Shown here: piece after piece, positions 10,199 through 20,300 of the stretch | Position numbering within the stretch: the first letter of the stretch is position 1 | Layout of the letters: each line of letters starts with the position of its first letter | NCBI RefSeq assembly: GCF_017876815.1 | Contig: NZ_JAGIOS010000001.1 | Location: forward strand, 3,330,001-3,362,000 | Direction of reading: 5' to 3' | Origin: Sinorhizobium meliloti | GTDB taxonomy: Bacteria > Pseudomonadota > Alphaproteobacteria > Rhizobiales > Rhizobiaceae | DNA: 32,000 bases | Notes under the pieces: generated by a model | What the model saw: the letters and a program-made list of their open reading frames with translations, nothing else | Told to the model about the DNA's origin: nothing | The model's database searches: none | Made by a program: the position numbers and the translations under genes

Positions 10199-11569
10199 AT
10201 GGAACGGACTTGCCTGGCGATCATCCTGGCAGCTGGCGAGAGCACGCGGATGAAATCGGCCATGTCGAAGGTGCTGCATCCGGTCGCGGGGCGGCCGATG
10301 ATCGCCCATGTCGTCGACGCCCTGGCGAGTGCATCGATCTCGGATGTGGCGCTGGTCGTCGGGCGCGATGCGGACGCCGTATCTGCCGCCGCGGCAACCG
10401 ACGAAGTGGCCGTCACCTCCTTTCTGCAGAAGGAGCGACTTGGCACCGCCCACGCGGTGCTTGCTGCCCGCGAAGCGATCGCGAAAGGCTATGACGACGT
10501 TCTCGTTGTTTTCGGAGACACGCCGCTTATCACCGCCGCACCTCTGAAGGCAGCGCGCGACGGTCTCGCGGCCGGAAACGACGTCGTGGTGATCGGCTTC
10601 CAGGCGACGGATCCGACCGGGTACGGGCGTCTCATCGTGAAGGATGGAGCGCTGGTCGCCATCCGTGAACACCGGGACGCCTCCGACGAGGAGCGCCGCA
10701 TCACCTATTGCAATGGCGGGCTGATGGCGATCGACGGCCGCAAGGCGCTCGATCTGCTTAACCGGATCGGCAACGCCAATGCGAAAGGCGAATACTACCT
10801 GACCGATCTCGTCGAGATCGCGCGCTCCCTCGATGGCCGTGCAATCGCTGTCGAAGCGCCCGAGGAGGAACTTACCGGCTGCAATACCCGCGCCGAGCTT
10901 GCCTATATCGAGCGCCTCTGGCAGCAGCGCCGTCGTCACGAACTGATGCTGGCGGGCGTGTCGATGATCGCACCCGAGACCGTCTTCCTCTCATGGGACA
11001 CCGCACTTGCCCAGGACGTTCTCCTGGAGCCGAACGTCGTCTTCGGGCCCGGCGTGCGCGTGGAAAGCGGTGCGGTCATCCACGCCTTCTCCCATCTGGA
11101 AGGCGCTCACGTCCGTGCCGGCGCTACGGTCGGACCTTTCGCGCGCCTGCGCCCGGGTGCCGACCTCGGAGCGAAATCGAAGGTCGGCAATTTCTGCGAG
11201 GTGAAGAACGCAGAGATCGGTGCCGGAGCCAAGGTCAATCACCTCACCTATATCGGCGACGCCTTTGTCGGCGCCGGATCCAATATCGGGGCCGGAACCA
11301 TTACCTGCAACTATGATGGCGTGAACAAGCATGTCACCCGCATCGGCGCGAACGCCTTCGTAGGCTCCAATTCGTCGCTCGTCGCTCCGGTTTCGATCGG
11401 CGACGGGGCGCTCGTGGCGTCCGGAAGCGTGATCACGGAAGACGTGCCGGCGGATGCGGTCGCTTTCGGCCGTGCGCGCCAGGACGTGAAGCCCGGCAGG
11501 GCGCCGATATTGCGCGAGCGCTACGAGGCGGAAAAGGCAGCCAGGAAGCGGGCCAAGGCTGCGGAGTAG
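10199..11569 (+). CDS. glmU: Bifunctional UDP-N-acetylglucosamine diphosphorylase / glucosamine-1-phosphate N-acetyltransferase GlmU
   Basis: 456 aa from ATG 10199, which has AAGGAG about 9 nt upstream. [23 protein letters not shown] signature and a C-terminal left-handed beta-helix of hexapeptide repeats ([44 protein letters not shown]). The TTG at 10079 gives a non-homologous Arg-rich extension. Confidence 0.93.
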
Positions 11570-11582
11570 ATGCATTAAATAT

Positions 11583-11626
11583 TGAAACTGAAAGTGAAAT
11601 CGAAACGGATTGCGTCGCGACGCAAT
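11583..11626 (+). other. AT-rich block directly after the glmU stop: four tandem YGAAAN hexamers followed by a perfect 18-bp palindrome (possible weak terminator or protein/RNA-binding platform)
   Basis: 11583-11606 reads TGAAAC TGAAAG TGAAAT CGAAAC. 11609-11626 reads ATTGCGTCGCGACGCAAT, which is its own reverse complement, followed by TTCG. Confidence 0.4.
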
Positions 11627-11691
11627 TTCGCTACCAAGGCTTTCAACAGGCACCTGCGGCGCCGCGCGTTTGTCGGACGCGCAATGGTCGC

Positions 11692-11714
11692 TGCAGCATT
11701 TTAGATTTGCTGCA
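11692..11714 (+). promoter_or_regulatory. 7-bp perfect inverted repeat with an AT-rich 9-nt spacer, about 100 nt upstream of glmS (candidate operator)
   Basis: TGCAGCA-ttttagatt-TGCTGCA read directly from the sequence. No regulator assigned. Confidence 0.3.
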
Positions 11715-11812
11715 TATTCCTGTCCTCGAGCCGGTACGATTCGGGGAAACATGCAGTGGTCGTTACATTTGAGCTGATACGCCGCAGGGCGTGAAGAGAC
11801 GCGGAGAGGGAT

Positions 11813-13639
11813 ATGTGCGGGATTGTTGGCATCGTGGGGAATCAGCCGGTATCGGAGCGGCTGGTCGAAGCATTGAAGCGCCTGGAGTATCGCGGCTATG
11901 ATTCGGCCGGCGTCGCGACGATCGACGCGGGAACGCTGCAGCGCCGGCGGGCCGAGGGCAAGCTGGTCAACCTCGAGAGCAGGTTGAGAGAGGAGCCTCT
12001 GGCCGGCACCATCGGCATCGCCCACACGCGCTGGGCAACCCATGGAGCACCCACGGAACGCAACGCCCACCCGCATTTCACTGAAGGCGTCGCCGTGGTT
12101 CACAACGGCATCATCGAGAATTTCGCCGAGCTCAAGGACGAGCTGGCGGCAGGAGGAGCGGAATTCCAGACGGAGACGGACACCGAGGTCGTCGCGCATC
12201 TTCTGGCGAAATACCGGCGCGATGGACTGGGGCGGCGCGAGGCGATGCATGCCATGCTGAAGCGCGTCAAGGGCGCCTACGCACTGGCCGTTCTCTTCGA
12301 GGACGATCCGTCGACCATCATGGCGGCACGCAACGGACCGCCGCTGGCGATCGGCCACGGCAGCGGCGAGATGTTCCTGGGTTCGGACGCGATCGCGCTT
12401 GCTCCCTTCACCAATGAAATCACCTATCTCATCGATGGTGACTGGGCCGTCATCGGCAAGACCGGCGTCCATATCTTCGATTTCGACGGCAATGTCGTCG
12501 AACGTCCGCGCCAGATTTCGACGGCTGCTGCCTTTCTGGTGGACAAGGGCAACCATCGCCATTTCATGGAGAAGGAGATCTATGAGCAGCCGGAGGTCAT
12601 CGCCCATGCTCTCGGGCATTATGTGAATTTCATAGAAAACCGTGTCGTTCCGATTTCCGACGCCATCGATTTCGGCAAAGTCCCGAGCCTGGCGATCTCT
12701 GCCTGCGGCACAGCTTATCTCGCCGGCCTGATCGGCAAATACTGGTTCGAGCGCTATGCCCGCCTGCCGGTCGAAATCGACGTTGCGTCCGAATTCCGCT
12801 ACCGCGAGATACCGCTGTCGCCGCAGTCGGCGGCTCTTTTCATCTCGCAGTCGGGCGAGACCGCCGACACACTGGCCTCGCTGAGATATTGCAAGGAGCA
12901 CGGCCTCAAGATCGGCGCGGTGGTCAATGCCCGCGAGTCGACCATCGCACGGGAATCCGATGCGGTCTTTCCGATTCTTGCGGGCCCGGAGATCGGCGTC
13001 GCCTCGACCAAGGCTTTCACCTGCCAGCTTGCCGTCTTGGCCGCCCTTGCGGTCGGCGCGGGCAAGGCCCGCGGAACGATCAGCGGCGAAGAGGAGCAAG
13101 CGCTCGTAAAGAGCCTTGCCGAAATGCCGCGCATCATGGGCCAGGTGCTGAACAGCATCCAGCCGAAGATCGAGAGTCTGTCGCGCGAACTGTCCAAATG
13201 CCACGACGTCCTTTATCTCGGCCGCGGCACCAGCTTCCCGCTGGCAATGGAAGGGGCGCTGAAGCTCAAGGAGATTTCGTATATCCACGCCGAAGGTTAC
13301 GCCGCGGGCGAACTGAAGCACGGACCGATCGCCCTGATCGACGAAAACATGCCCGTCATCGTCATCGCGCCGCATGACCGCTTCTTCGACAAGACGGTAT
13401 CGAACATGCAGGAGGTGGCCGCACGCGGCGGCCGTATCATCCTGATAACCGACGAGAAAGGTGCGGCCGCGTCGAAGCTCGATACGATGCACACGATCGT
13501 GCTGCCGGAAGTCGACGAGATCATCGCGCCGATGATCTTCTCCTTGCCGGTCCAGCTTCTCGCCTATCATACGGCCGTCTTCATGGGGACCGACGTGGAC
13601 CAGCCGCGCAACCTCGCCAAATCGGTGACGGTCGAATGA
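11813..13639 (+). CDS. glmS: Glutamine--fructose-6-phosphate aminotransferase (isomerising) GlmS
   Basis: 608 aa. Starts MCGIVG (catalytic Cys2). RLEYRGYDSAG, IAHTRWATHG, two SIS domains (SQSGETADT; GRG..FP.A.EGALKLKE.SYIHAEGY.AGE.KHGP), ends KSVTVE. GGAGAGGG SD lies 4-5 nt upstream. Confidence 0.97.
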   Translation: MCGIVGIVGNQPVSERLVEALKRLEYRGYDSAGVATIDAGTLQRRRAEGKLVNLESRLREEPLAGTIGIAHTRWATHGAPTERNAHPHFTEGVAVVHNGIIENFAELKDELAAGGAEFQTETDTEVVAHLLAKYRRDGLGRREAMHAMLKRVKGAYALAVLFEDDPSTIMAARNGPPLAIGHGSGEMFLGSDAIALAPFTNEITYLIDGDWAVIGKTGVHIFDFDGNVVERPRQISTAAAFLVDKGNHRHFMEKEIYEQPEVIAHALGHYVNFIENRVVPISDAIDFGKVPSLAISACGTAYLAGLIGKYWFERYARLPVEIDVASEFRYREIPLSPQSAALFISQSGETADTLASLRYCKEHGLKIGAVVNARESTIARESDAVFPILAGPEIGVASTKAFTCQLAVLAALAVGAGKARGTISGEEEQALVKSLAEMPRIMGQVLNSIQPKIESLSRELSKCHDVLYLGRGTSFPLAMEGALKLKEISYIHAEGYAAGELKHGPIALIDENMPVIVIAPHDRFFDKTVSNMQEVAARGGRIILITDEKGAAASKLDTMHTIVLPEVDEIIAPMIFSLPVQLLAYHTAVFMGTDVDQPRNLAKSVTVE

Positions 13640-14133
13640 TCATCCGACCGGAAACCGCGGGCGACGCCGAGGCGATCCGGCAGATTACCGAGGCGGCTTT
13701 CGCCGGGCAGCCCTATAGCGACCAGACGGAGGCCCGGATCATCGACCGGCTGCGCTCCGAGGACGCGATGACGCTGTCCCTCGTTGCCGAGGAAGAGGGT
13801 GAGGTGATCGGCCACATCGCTTTTTCGCCTGTCACGATCACCCCGTTCGCGGTCGGCTGGTACGGGCTCGGTCCCGTGTCGGTGCGGCCGGACTGGCAAG
13901 GACGCGGCACGGGGAGCGCACTTGTGCGCCGCGGGCTCGACATGCTGCGCAAGGCGGGGGCTTCAGGCTGCGTCCTGGCGGGCAATCCGGCCTTCTATGA
14001 GAGATTCGGGTTCCGCAACGAGCCTGCTCTTGTTTTTCCGGGTTGTGCGCCGCAATATTTCATGGCTTTACCCTTGTCGGGAGGGCTGGTTTCCGGCACC
14101 GTCACTTATCATCCCGCCTTCGGAGCGGACTGA
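13636..14133 (+). CDS. GNAT-family N-acetyltransferase, YhbS-like (COG3153-type)
   Basis: 165 aa. MIIRPE...D..AI..., IGHIAFSPV, GLGP..V.P..QG.G.G..L motif, and GNPAFYERFGF resembling E. coli YhbS (GDPALYSRFGF). Its ATG overlaps the glmS TGA (ATGA at 13636-13639). Confidence 0.85.
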   Translation: MIIRPETAGDAEAIRQITEAAFAGQPYSDQTEARIIDRLRSEDAMTLSLVAEEEGEVIGHIAFSPVTITPFAVGWYGLGPVSVRPDWQGRGTGSALVRRGLDMLRKAGASGCVLAGNPAFYERFGFRNEPALVFPGCAPQYFMALPLSGGLVSGTVTYHPAFGAD

Positions 14134-14151
14134 CGGATCGATGGCAACGGC

Positions 14152-14844
14152 ATGACGGAAAGTTCCAAAAGCGGCATCATCGCGGCCCGGCTGCGCAACT
14201 ACTTTCTTACCGGGCTTATCATCTGCGCGCCCCTGGCGATTACGGTGTGGCTGGTCCGCTCCTTCATCGAGTGGGCCGACGGTTGGGTGAAACCGTATCT
14301 GCCGAGCTTCTATAATCCCGATAATTATCTGCCGATCGCGATCCCGGGTTTCGGGCTGCTCGTCGCCGTCGTGGTCATCACCCTGGTCGGTTTCCTGACC
14401 GCGAACCTCGTCGGACGCTCGATTATCAATTTCGGCGAGTCGCTCCTCAACCGGACGCCGCTCGTCCGCTCCATCTACAAGTCGCTGAAACAGATCTTCC
14501 AGACCGTGCTGCAGGACCAGTCGTCCTCTTTCAAGAGGGCAGGGCTGATCGAATATCCAAGTCCGGGGCTGTGGTCGCTGGTCTTTATCGCCACGGACGT
14601 GAAGGGCGAGATTGCTGCCAGGTTCGACGAGCGCGGCATGGACATGGTGACGGTCTTCCTGCCTCCGACACCGATCCCCACCGCCGGCTTCCTGCTCTTC
14701 GTGCCCCGCGACAAGATCATTCCCCTGCAGATGAGCGCCGAGGATGCTGCGAAGCTGCTGATTTCCGGAGGCCTCGTCGCGCCGGATTACAACCCGCTGG
14801 CCAATGCGCCCCCGCGTGCGATCAAGCAGCAGGAGAGCGTTTGA
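14152..14844 (+). CDS. DUF502-domain membrane protein
   Basis: 230 aa. Two N-terminal TM helices (FLTGLIICAPLAITVWLV; IPGFGLLVAVVVITLVGFL) and conserved R.P.V..IY...KQ and G.....P.P.P..G motifs typical of DUF502. Confidence 0.8.
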   Translation: MTESSKSGIIAARLRNYFLTGLIICAPLAITVWLVRSFIEWADGWVKPYLPSFYNPDNYLPIAIPGFGLLVAVVVITLVGFLTANLVGRSIINFGESLLNRTPLVRSIYKSLKQIFQTVLQDQSSSFKRAGLIEYPSPGLWSLVFIATDVKGEIAARFDERGMDMVTVFLPPTPIPTAGFLLFVPRDKIIPLQMSAEDAAKLLISGGLVAPDYNPLANAPPRAIKQQESV

Positions 14845-14858
14845 GGTCCCGGGGATGA

Positions 14859-16964
14859 TCAGCCGGCCCGCAGGAACCGGATCGCCTCGTCGCGCCGGAA
14901 GAGGTAGAGCAGCGTCCTGAGCGCCTGGCCGCGTTCCGACGTCAGTTCCGGATCCCTGTCTATGACATAGGCGGCGTCCTTGCGCGCCATCTCCAGGAGG
15001 TCGGCATGCGCCTCGAGGCTTGCGATGAGGAAACCCGGCGTGCCGGACTGCCGCGTGCCGAGAAGCTCGCCTTCGCCGCGCAGCTTCAGATCCTCCTCGG
15101 CGATCAGGAACCCGTCTTCGCTTTCACGGAGGACCGAAAGACGCGCGCGCCCTGCTTCGCTGAGCGGGCTCTTGTACAAAAGGATGCAGGTCGAGGCTTC
15201 GTCGCCGCGCCCCACGCGGCCGCGTAGCTGGTGCAGTTGCGCAAGGCCGAAGCGTTCGGCGTGCTCGATGACCATGATCGTGGCATCCGGCACGTCAACG
15301 CCGACCTCGACGACCGTCGTAGCCACGAGCAAACGGATTTCACCGTTCTTGAAGGCGAGCATGACGGCGTCTTTTTCCGGTCCTGCCATGCGCCCGTGCA
15401 CCAGGCCGACATCCTTGCCGAACCGTCGAGCAAGGCTCTGGTAGCGCTCATCGGCGGACATGGCGTCGGTCTCCTCGGATTCCTCGACGAGCGGGCAGAT
15501 CCAATAGGCCTTCTTGCCCTGCCGGAGCGCTGCGTCGAGCCTCTCCACGATCTCGTCCGTCCGTTCGTTCGGAATCGTGACGGTCTGGATCGGTTTGCGG
15601 CCCGCCGGCTTCTCCGTGAGCTTCGATACGTCCATGTCGCCGAAGGCGGCGAGCACGAGTGTTCTCGGAATCGGCGTCGCGGTCATCACGAGCATGTGCG
15701 GCGAGATACCCTTGGCCGTCAGCCGCAGCCTCTGATGCACGCCGAAACGATGCTGCTCGTCGACCACGGCGAGGACGAGTTGGCGATAGATCACAGCGTC
15801 CTGGAAGAGTGCGTGCGTGCCGATGACCAGCTGCGTCTCGCCGGAGGCAATGCGTTCCAGTATCGCGTCCCGTTCCTTGCCCTTCGTCCTGCCGGTCAGG
15901 ATATCGATCGTGATGCCCGCCGGCGCGGCCATCCTCGAAAGCGTGGCGTGGTGCTGCCGCGCGAGAATTTCCGTCGGCGCCATCAGCACCGCCTGGCCGC
16001 CGGATTCCACCGCCGCCAGCATCGCCATCAAGGCCACGGCCGTCTTGCCGGAGCCGACGTCCCCCTGCAGCAGCCGCAGCATGCGGTCGGCTCCGGACAT
16101 GTCGGCAAGGATCTCGTCGACGGCCGCCGACTGGCTGTTCGTCAAGGAGAAGGGCAGGGCTGCGATTACCGGACCGCTCAACCGGCCGGTCGGATGAATC
16201 GGCGTACCGGCGACCTTGCGCAATCGCTGGCGAACGAGGGAGAGCGAAAGCTGCCCCGCCAGGAACTCGTCATAGGCGATCCGGCGGCGCGCCGGCGCCT
16301 GCGCATCTATATCGGTTTCGTCCCGCGGTTCGTGCAGGCGCTGGAAGCTTTCTTTGGCGCTCTTGAAGCCCTGTTGGCGCAGAAGTGCCTCATCCAGCCA
16401 CTCCGGCAGGTCCGGGACGCGCGCCACTGCCGCCTCGATCGACTTGCGAAGGGGCCTCGAGGTCAGGCCTGCCGTCAGCCCGTAGACAGGCTCGACGAGC
16501 GGCATGTTCTCCGATTCGGCCGCACGGACCATGTAGTCGGGGTGGACCATGGAAGCCCGCCGGTTGAACCAGTCCACCTTGCCGCTGACGATCACCGTCT
16601 CATCGATGGGCAGGGCCTTCTCGAGCCAGTTCCCCCTGACGCGGAAGAAGGTGAGCGCCAGTTCGCCGGTCTCGTCGTGGAGAAAGACGCGATAGGGCAC
16701 GTTCGATCTGCCACTGGGTGCCGGCTGGTGCCGGTCTACCCGGCCCGTGATGGTAACGATCGCACCGTTTGGAGCATGGGCAATGCCGGGCTGGCGGCGA
16801 CGATCGATCAGCGAATGAGGGATATGGAACAGGAGATCGACGACGCGGCAGTCTTCAACCGTCTCGCGCCCGAGCAGGCGCGCGTAAAGTTCGCCGGTCT
16901 TCGGGCCGATGCCGGGCAATGTGTCGAGGGGCGAAAACAGCGGATCGAGCAGGGCAGGGCGCAT
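14859..16964 (-). CDS. recG: ATP-dependent DNA helicase RecG
   Basis: 701 aa. Wedge/OB N-terminal region. Helicase motifs LLQGDVGSGKT (Walker A), VDEQHRFGV (DEQH), MTATPIPRT, QLHQLRGRVGRG. Confidence 0.95.
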   Translation of the reverse strand: MRPALLDPLFSPLDTLPGIGPKTGELYARLLGRETVEDCRVVDLLFHIPHSLIDRRRQPGIAHAPNGAIVTITGRVDRHQPAPSGRSNVPYRVFLHDETGELALTFFRVRGNWLEKALPIDETVIVSGKVDWFNRRASMVHPDYMVRAAESENMPLVEPVYGLTAGLTSRPLRKSIEAAVARVPDLPEWLDEALLRQQGFKSAKESFQRLHEPRDETDIDAQAPARRRIAYDEFLAGQLSLSLVRQRLRKVAGTPIHPTGRLSGPVIAALPFSLTNSQSAAVDEILADMSGADRMLRLLQGDVGSGKTAVALMAMLAAVESGGQAVLMAPTEILARQHHATLSRMAAPAGITIDILTGRTKGKERDAILERIASGETQLVIGTHALFQDAVIYRQLVLAVVDEQHRFGVHQRLRLTAKGISPHMLVMTATPIPRTLVLAAFGDMDVSKLTEKPAGRKPIQTVTIPNERTDEIVERLDAALRQGKKAYWICPLVEESEETDAMSADERYQSLARRFGKDVGLVHGRMAGPEKDAVMLAFKNGEIRLLVATTVVEVGVDVPDATIMVIEHAERFGLAQLHQLRGRVGRGDEASTCILLYKSPLSEAGRARLSVLRESEDGFLIAEEDLKLRGEGELLGTRQSGTPGFLIASLEAHADLLEMARKDAAYVIDRDPELTSERGQALRTLLYLFRRDEAIRFLRAG

Positions 16965-17080
16965 AGCAATGAAATTGCGACGATAATTCCGGCTTTGGCA
17001 AGGCTGACAACCTGCTTTCCAGCGTTTATAGAGCCCATGATCTCGATCCGCAGAGCGGCGGAGAGCAGGAAGGACATCCC

Positions 17081-17386
17081 ATGACCGGCATTTCGCGCAC
17101 GAGCGCCGATCTCGACCCGCGTCGGCGCAGGATTCTCTTCCGCGCGTGGCACCGCGGCATTCGGGAGATGGACCTGATCCTCGGCCAGTTCGCCGAGGCG
17201 GAGCTCGCCACCTTGTCCGAAGCGGAGCTCGACGAACTCGAAGCGATCATGGGGGAGGAGGACAACGACCTCGTCCGCTGGATCACCGGAGAAAAACCGC
17301 TGCCCGAGCGTTATGCGACGGAACTCTTCTTCCGCATCGCTGCCTATCGCCCGGATTTCGACCCGGTTCGCCACGAAACGAAGTAG
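17081..17386 (+). CDS. sdhE: FAD assembly factor SdhE (succinate dehydrogenase assembly factor 2, DUF339)
   Basis: 101 aa. RRRILFRAWHRGIREMDLILG.F (RGxxE motif), DDEL..L....D.DL..W. AGGAAGGA SD lies upstream. Confidence 0.85.
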   Translation: MTGISRTSADLDPRRRRILFRAWHRGIREMDLILGQFAEAELATLSEAELDELEAIMGEEDNDLVRWITGEKPLPERYATELFFRIAAYRPDFDPVRHETK

Positions 17387-17388
17387 AC

Positions 17389-20300
17389 ATGACGATGATA
17401 CCTGGCTTCGACCCTAGGAAGATTCTTGCGGCGACGCGGGAAATTACGATCGGCCCGGTGCCCACGGGTGCCGAGGCGCTCGTTCTCGCCGAACTGGCCC
17501 GGGCCGGGGCCCCCGTCGCCTATATCCTCTCCGATGGCCAGAAGGTCGCTGACCTCGAACAGGTGCTCGGTTTCGTCGCTCCCGATATCCCGGTCCTGAC
17601 GCTGCCGGGTTGGGACTGCCTGCCTTACGACCGGGTCTCGCCGAGCGCCGACACCTCGGCGCGCAGGCTTGCCGCGCTGAGCGCGTTGATCGCCCACCGC
17701 AGGAAACCGCATCCGGCGATCGTGCTCGTCACCATCAATGCAGCGCTGCAAAGGATCTCGCCGCAGGATGTGATCGAAAGCCTCGCCTTCACGGCACGGC
17801 CCGGCAACCAGATCCGCATGGACGACCTTGCCGCCCGGCTGGAGCGAAACGGCTTCGAACGGGTCCCGACCGTGCGCGAGATGGGCGAATTCGCCGTACG
17901 GGGAGGCATCCTCGATGTCTATGTACCCGGCAGCGGCGAGCCTTTGCGCCTCGACTTCTTCGGCGACACGCTCGAGGCGATCCGCTCCTTCGATCCCGCA
18001 AGCCAGCGCACGATCGGGCAGGTCCGGTCCCTCGACCTCAATCCGATGAGCGAGGTATCCCTGACGCCCGAGACGATCAGCCACTTCCGAAAGCAGTATC
18101 TTTCTCTCTTCGGAGCGGCGACGCGCGACGATGCGCTTTATCAGGCCGTGTCGGAGGGACGGCGCTATGCCGGCATGGAGCATTGGCTGCCGCTTTTCTA
18201 CGATCGGCTCGAAACGGTCTTCGACTATCTCGACGGCTTTCGCATCGTCACCGACCATCTGGCGCGCGAGGCCGCGGCAGAGCGCTCGAAGCTCGTTCTC
18301 GACTATTACGACGCACGCCTCGCCTCGGCTTCGCCGGGCAAGTCTCAGGTCACCCAGGGCACGCCCTACAAGCCCGTGCCGCCGGACATGCTCTATCTCA
18401 CTGCGAAAGGCTTCGGCGAAGCCCTGAATGATCTCAATGCGGTCCGCCTTTCGCCCTTTACCGAACACGAGGGCGAAGCCCGCCAGGTCGTGAACATCGA
18501 AGCGCGTCAGGGCCTGCGTTGGGCCAAACCGGCGGGCGAGGCCGACAACGACGGCACGCGCACCAATGTTTTCGATCAGGCCGTGAAGCATATCGCCGAG
18601 AAGCGGGCAAAAGGCGCAAAGGTCATCGTGTCCGGCTGGACGGAGGGCTCGCTCGACCGGCTGCTTCAGGTTCTGGCCGAGCATGGTCTCGCCAATATCC
18701 GTCCGGTCAAGGCGCTCTCGGATATCGGTTCGCTCAAGCCGGGGGAGGCCGCATCCGCGGTTCTCAGCCTCGAAGCGGGATTCGAGACCGGCGACCTCGT
18801 CGTCATCGGCGAGCAGGACATTCTCGGCGACCGTCTGGTTCGCCGCTCCAAGCGGCGCAAGCGCGGCGCGGATTTCATCGCCGAAGTGACCGGCCTCGAC
18901 GAGGGCAGTTATGTCGTACACGCCGAGCACGGTATCGGGCGCTTCGTCGGCCTCAGGACGATCGAGGCCGCCGGCGCACCGCATGACTGCCTCGAGCTCG
19001 TCTATGCGGACGATGCCAAGCTGTTCCTGCCGGTGGAAAATATCGAGCTTCTGTCGCGCTACGGCTCGGAAGGAACCGATGCTGTCCTCGACAAGCTCGG
19101 CGGCGTCGCCTGGCAGGCGCGCAAGGCCAAGCTCAAGAAACGGCTGCTCGACATGGCCGGCGGCCTCATCCGCATCGCTGCCGAAAGACATACGCGCCAT
19201 GCGCCGGTCCTTGCGGCGCAGGACGGGGTCTATGACGAGTTCGCCGCCCGCTTCCCCTATGACGAGACCGAGGACCAATTGAACTCGATCGATGCCGTCC
19301 GCGACGATCTCGGCCGCGGCCGGCCCATGGACCGCCTCGTGTGCGGCGATGTCGGCTTCGGCAAGACAGAGGTGGCGCTGCGTGCCGCCTTCATCGCGGC
19401 GATGAACGGCGTGCAGGTCGCCGTGGTGGTGCCGACGACCCTGCTTGCGAGGCAGCACTTCAAGACCTTCTCCGATCGTTTCCGCGGCTTGCCGATACGG
19501 ATACAGCAGGCCTCACGGCTGGTCGGCTCGAAGGATCTGGCGCTCACGAAGAAAGAGGTCGCCGAAGGCAAGACGGACATCGTAGTGGGCACGCACGCGC
19601 TGCTCGGCTCGTCGATCAAATTCGCCAATCTCGGCCTGCTCATCATCGATGAGGAGCAGCATTTCGGTGTCAAGCACAAGGAACGCCTGAAAGAGCTGAA
19701 GACCGATGTGCACGTCCTCACGCTCTCGGCGACGCCCATTCCGCGGACGCTGCAGCTTGCCCTCACCGGAGTGCGCGAATTGTCGCTGATCACGACGCCG
19801 CCGGTCGACCGCATGGCGGTGCGAACCTTCATTTCGCCCTTCGATGCTTTGGTGATCCGAGAGACGCTGATGCGCGAGCACTACCGCGGCGGCCAGAGCT
19901 TCTATGTCTGTCCGCGCGTGAGCGATCTTCCGGAAATCCACGATTTCCTGAAATCCGACGTGCCGGAACTGAAGGTTGCCGTGGCGCACGGGCAAATGCC
20001 GGCGACCGAGCTCGAAGATATCATGAACGCCTTCTACGAGGGGCGCTACGATGTGCTCCTCTCGACGACGATCGTAGAGTCCGGTCTCGACGTGCCGACC
20101 GCCAACACCCTGATCGTGCATCGTGCCGATATGTTCGGCCTCGCCCAGCTCTATCAGCTGCGCGGTCGGGTAGGGCGCTCCAAGGTCCGCGCCTTCGCGC
20201 TCTTCACCCTTCCCGTCAACAAGACGTTGACCGGGCCGGCGGAACGGCGCCTCAAGGTTCTCCAGTCGCTTGATACGCTTGGAGCCGGGTTCCAGCTCGC

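Noticed and set aside
11570-11812. Possibility of a glmS ribozyme or a leader peptide (7-codon ATG-CAG-TGG... mini-ORF at about 11751) upstream of glmS
   Set aside because: I recognised no glmS-ribozyme-like core by eye, and from memory that ribozyme class is essentially restricted to Gram-positive lineages. The mini-ORF has no convincing SD. The spacer is reported as a finding for its repeats only.
10991-13570. 859-aa minus-strand ORF
   Set aside because: Antisense to glmU and glmS, whose identities are unambiguous. Low-complexity Arg/Asp-rich translation.
15231-19458. 617-aa plus-strand ORF (15231-17084) and 704-aa minus-strand ORF (17344-19458)
   Set aside because: Antisense shadows of recG and mfd respectively. 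No recognisable domains.
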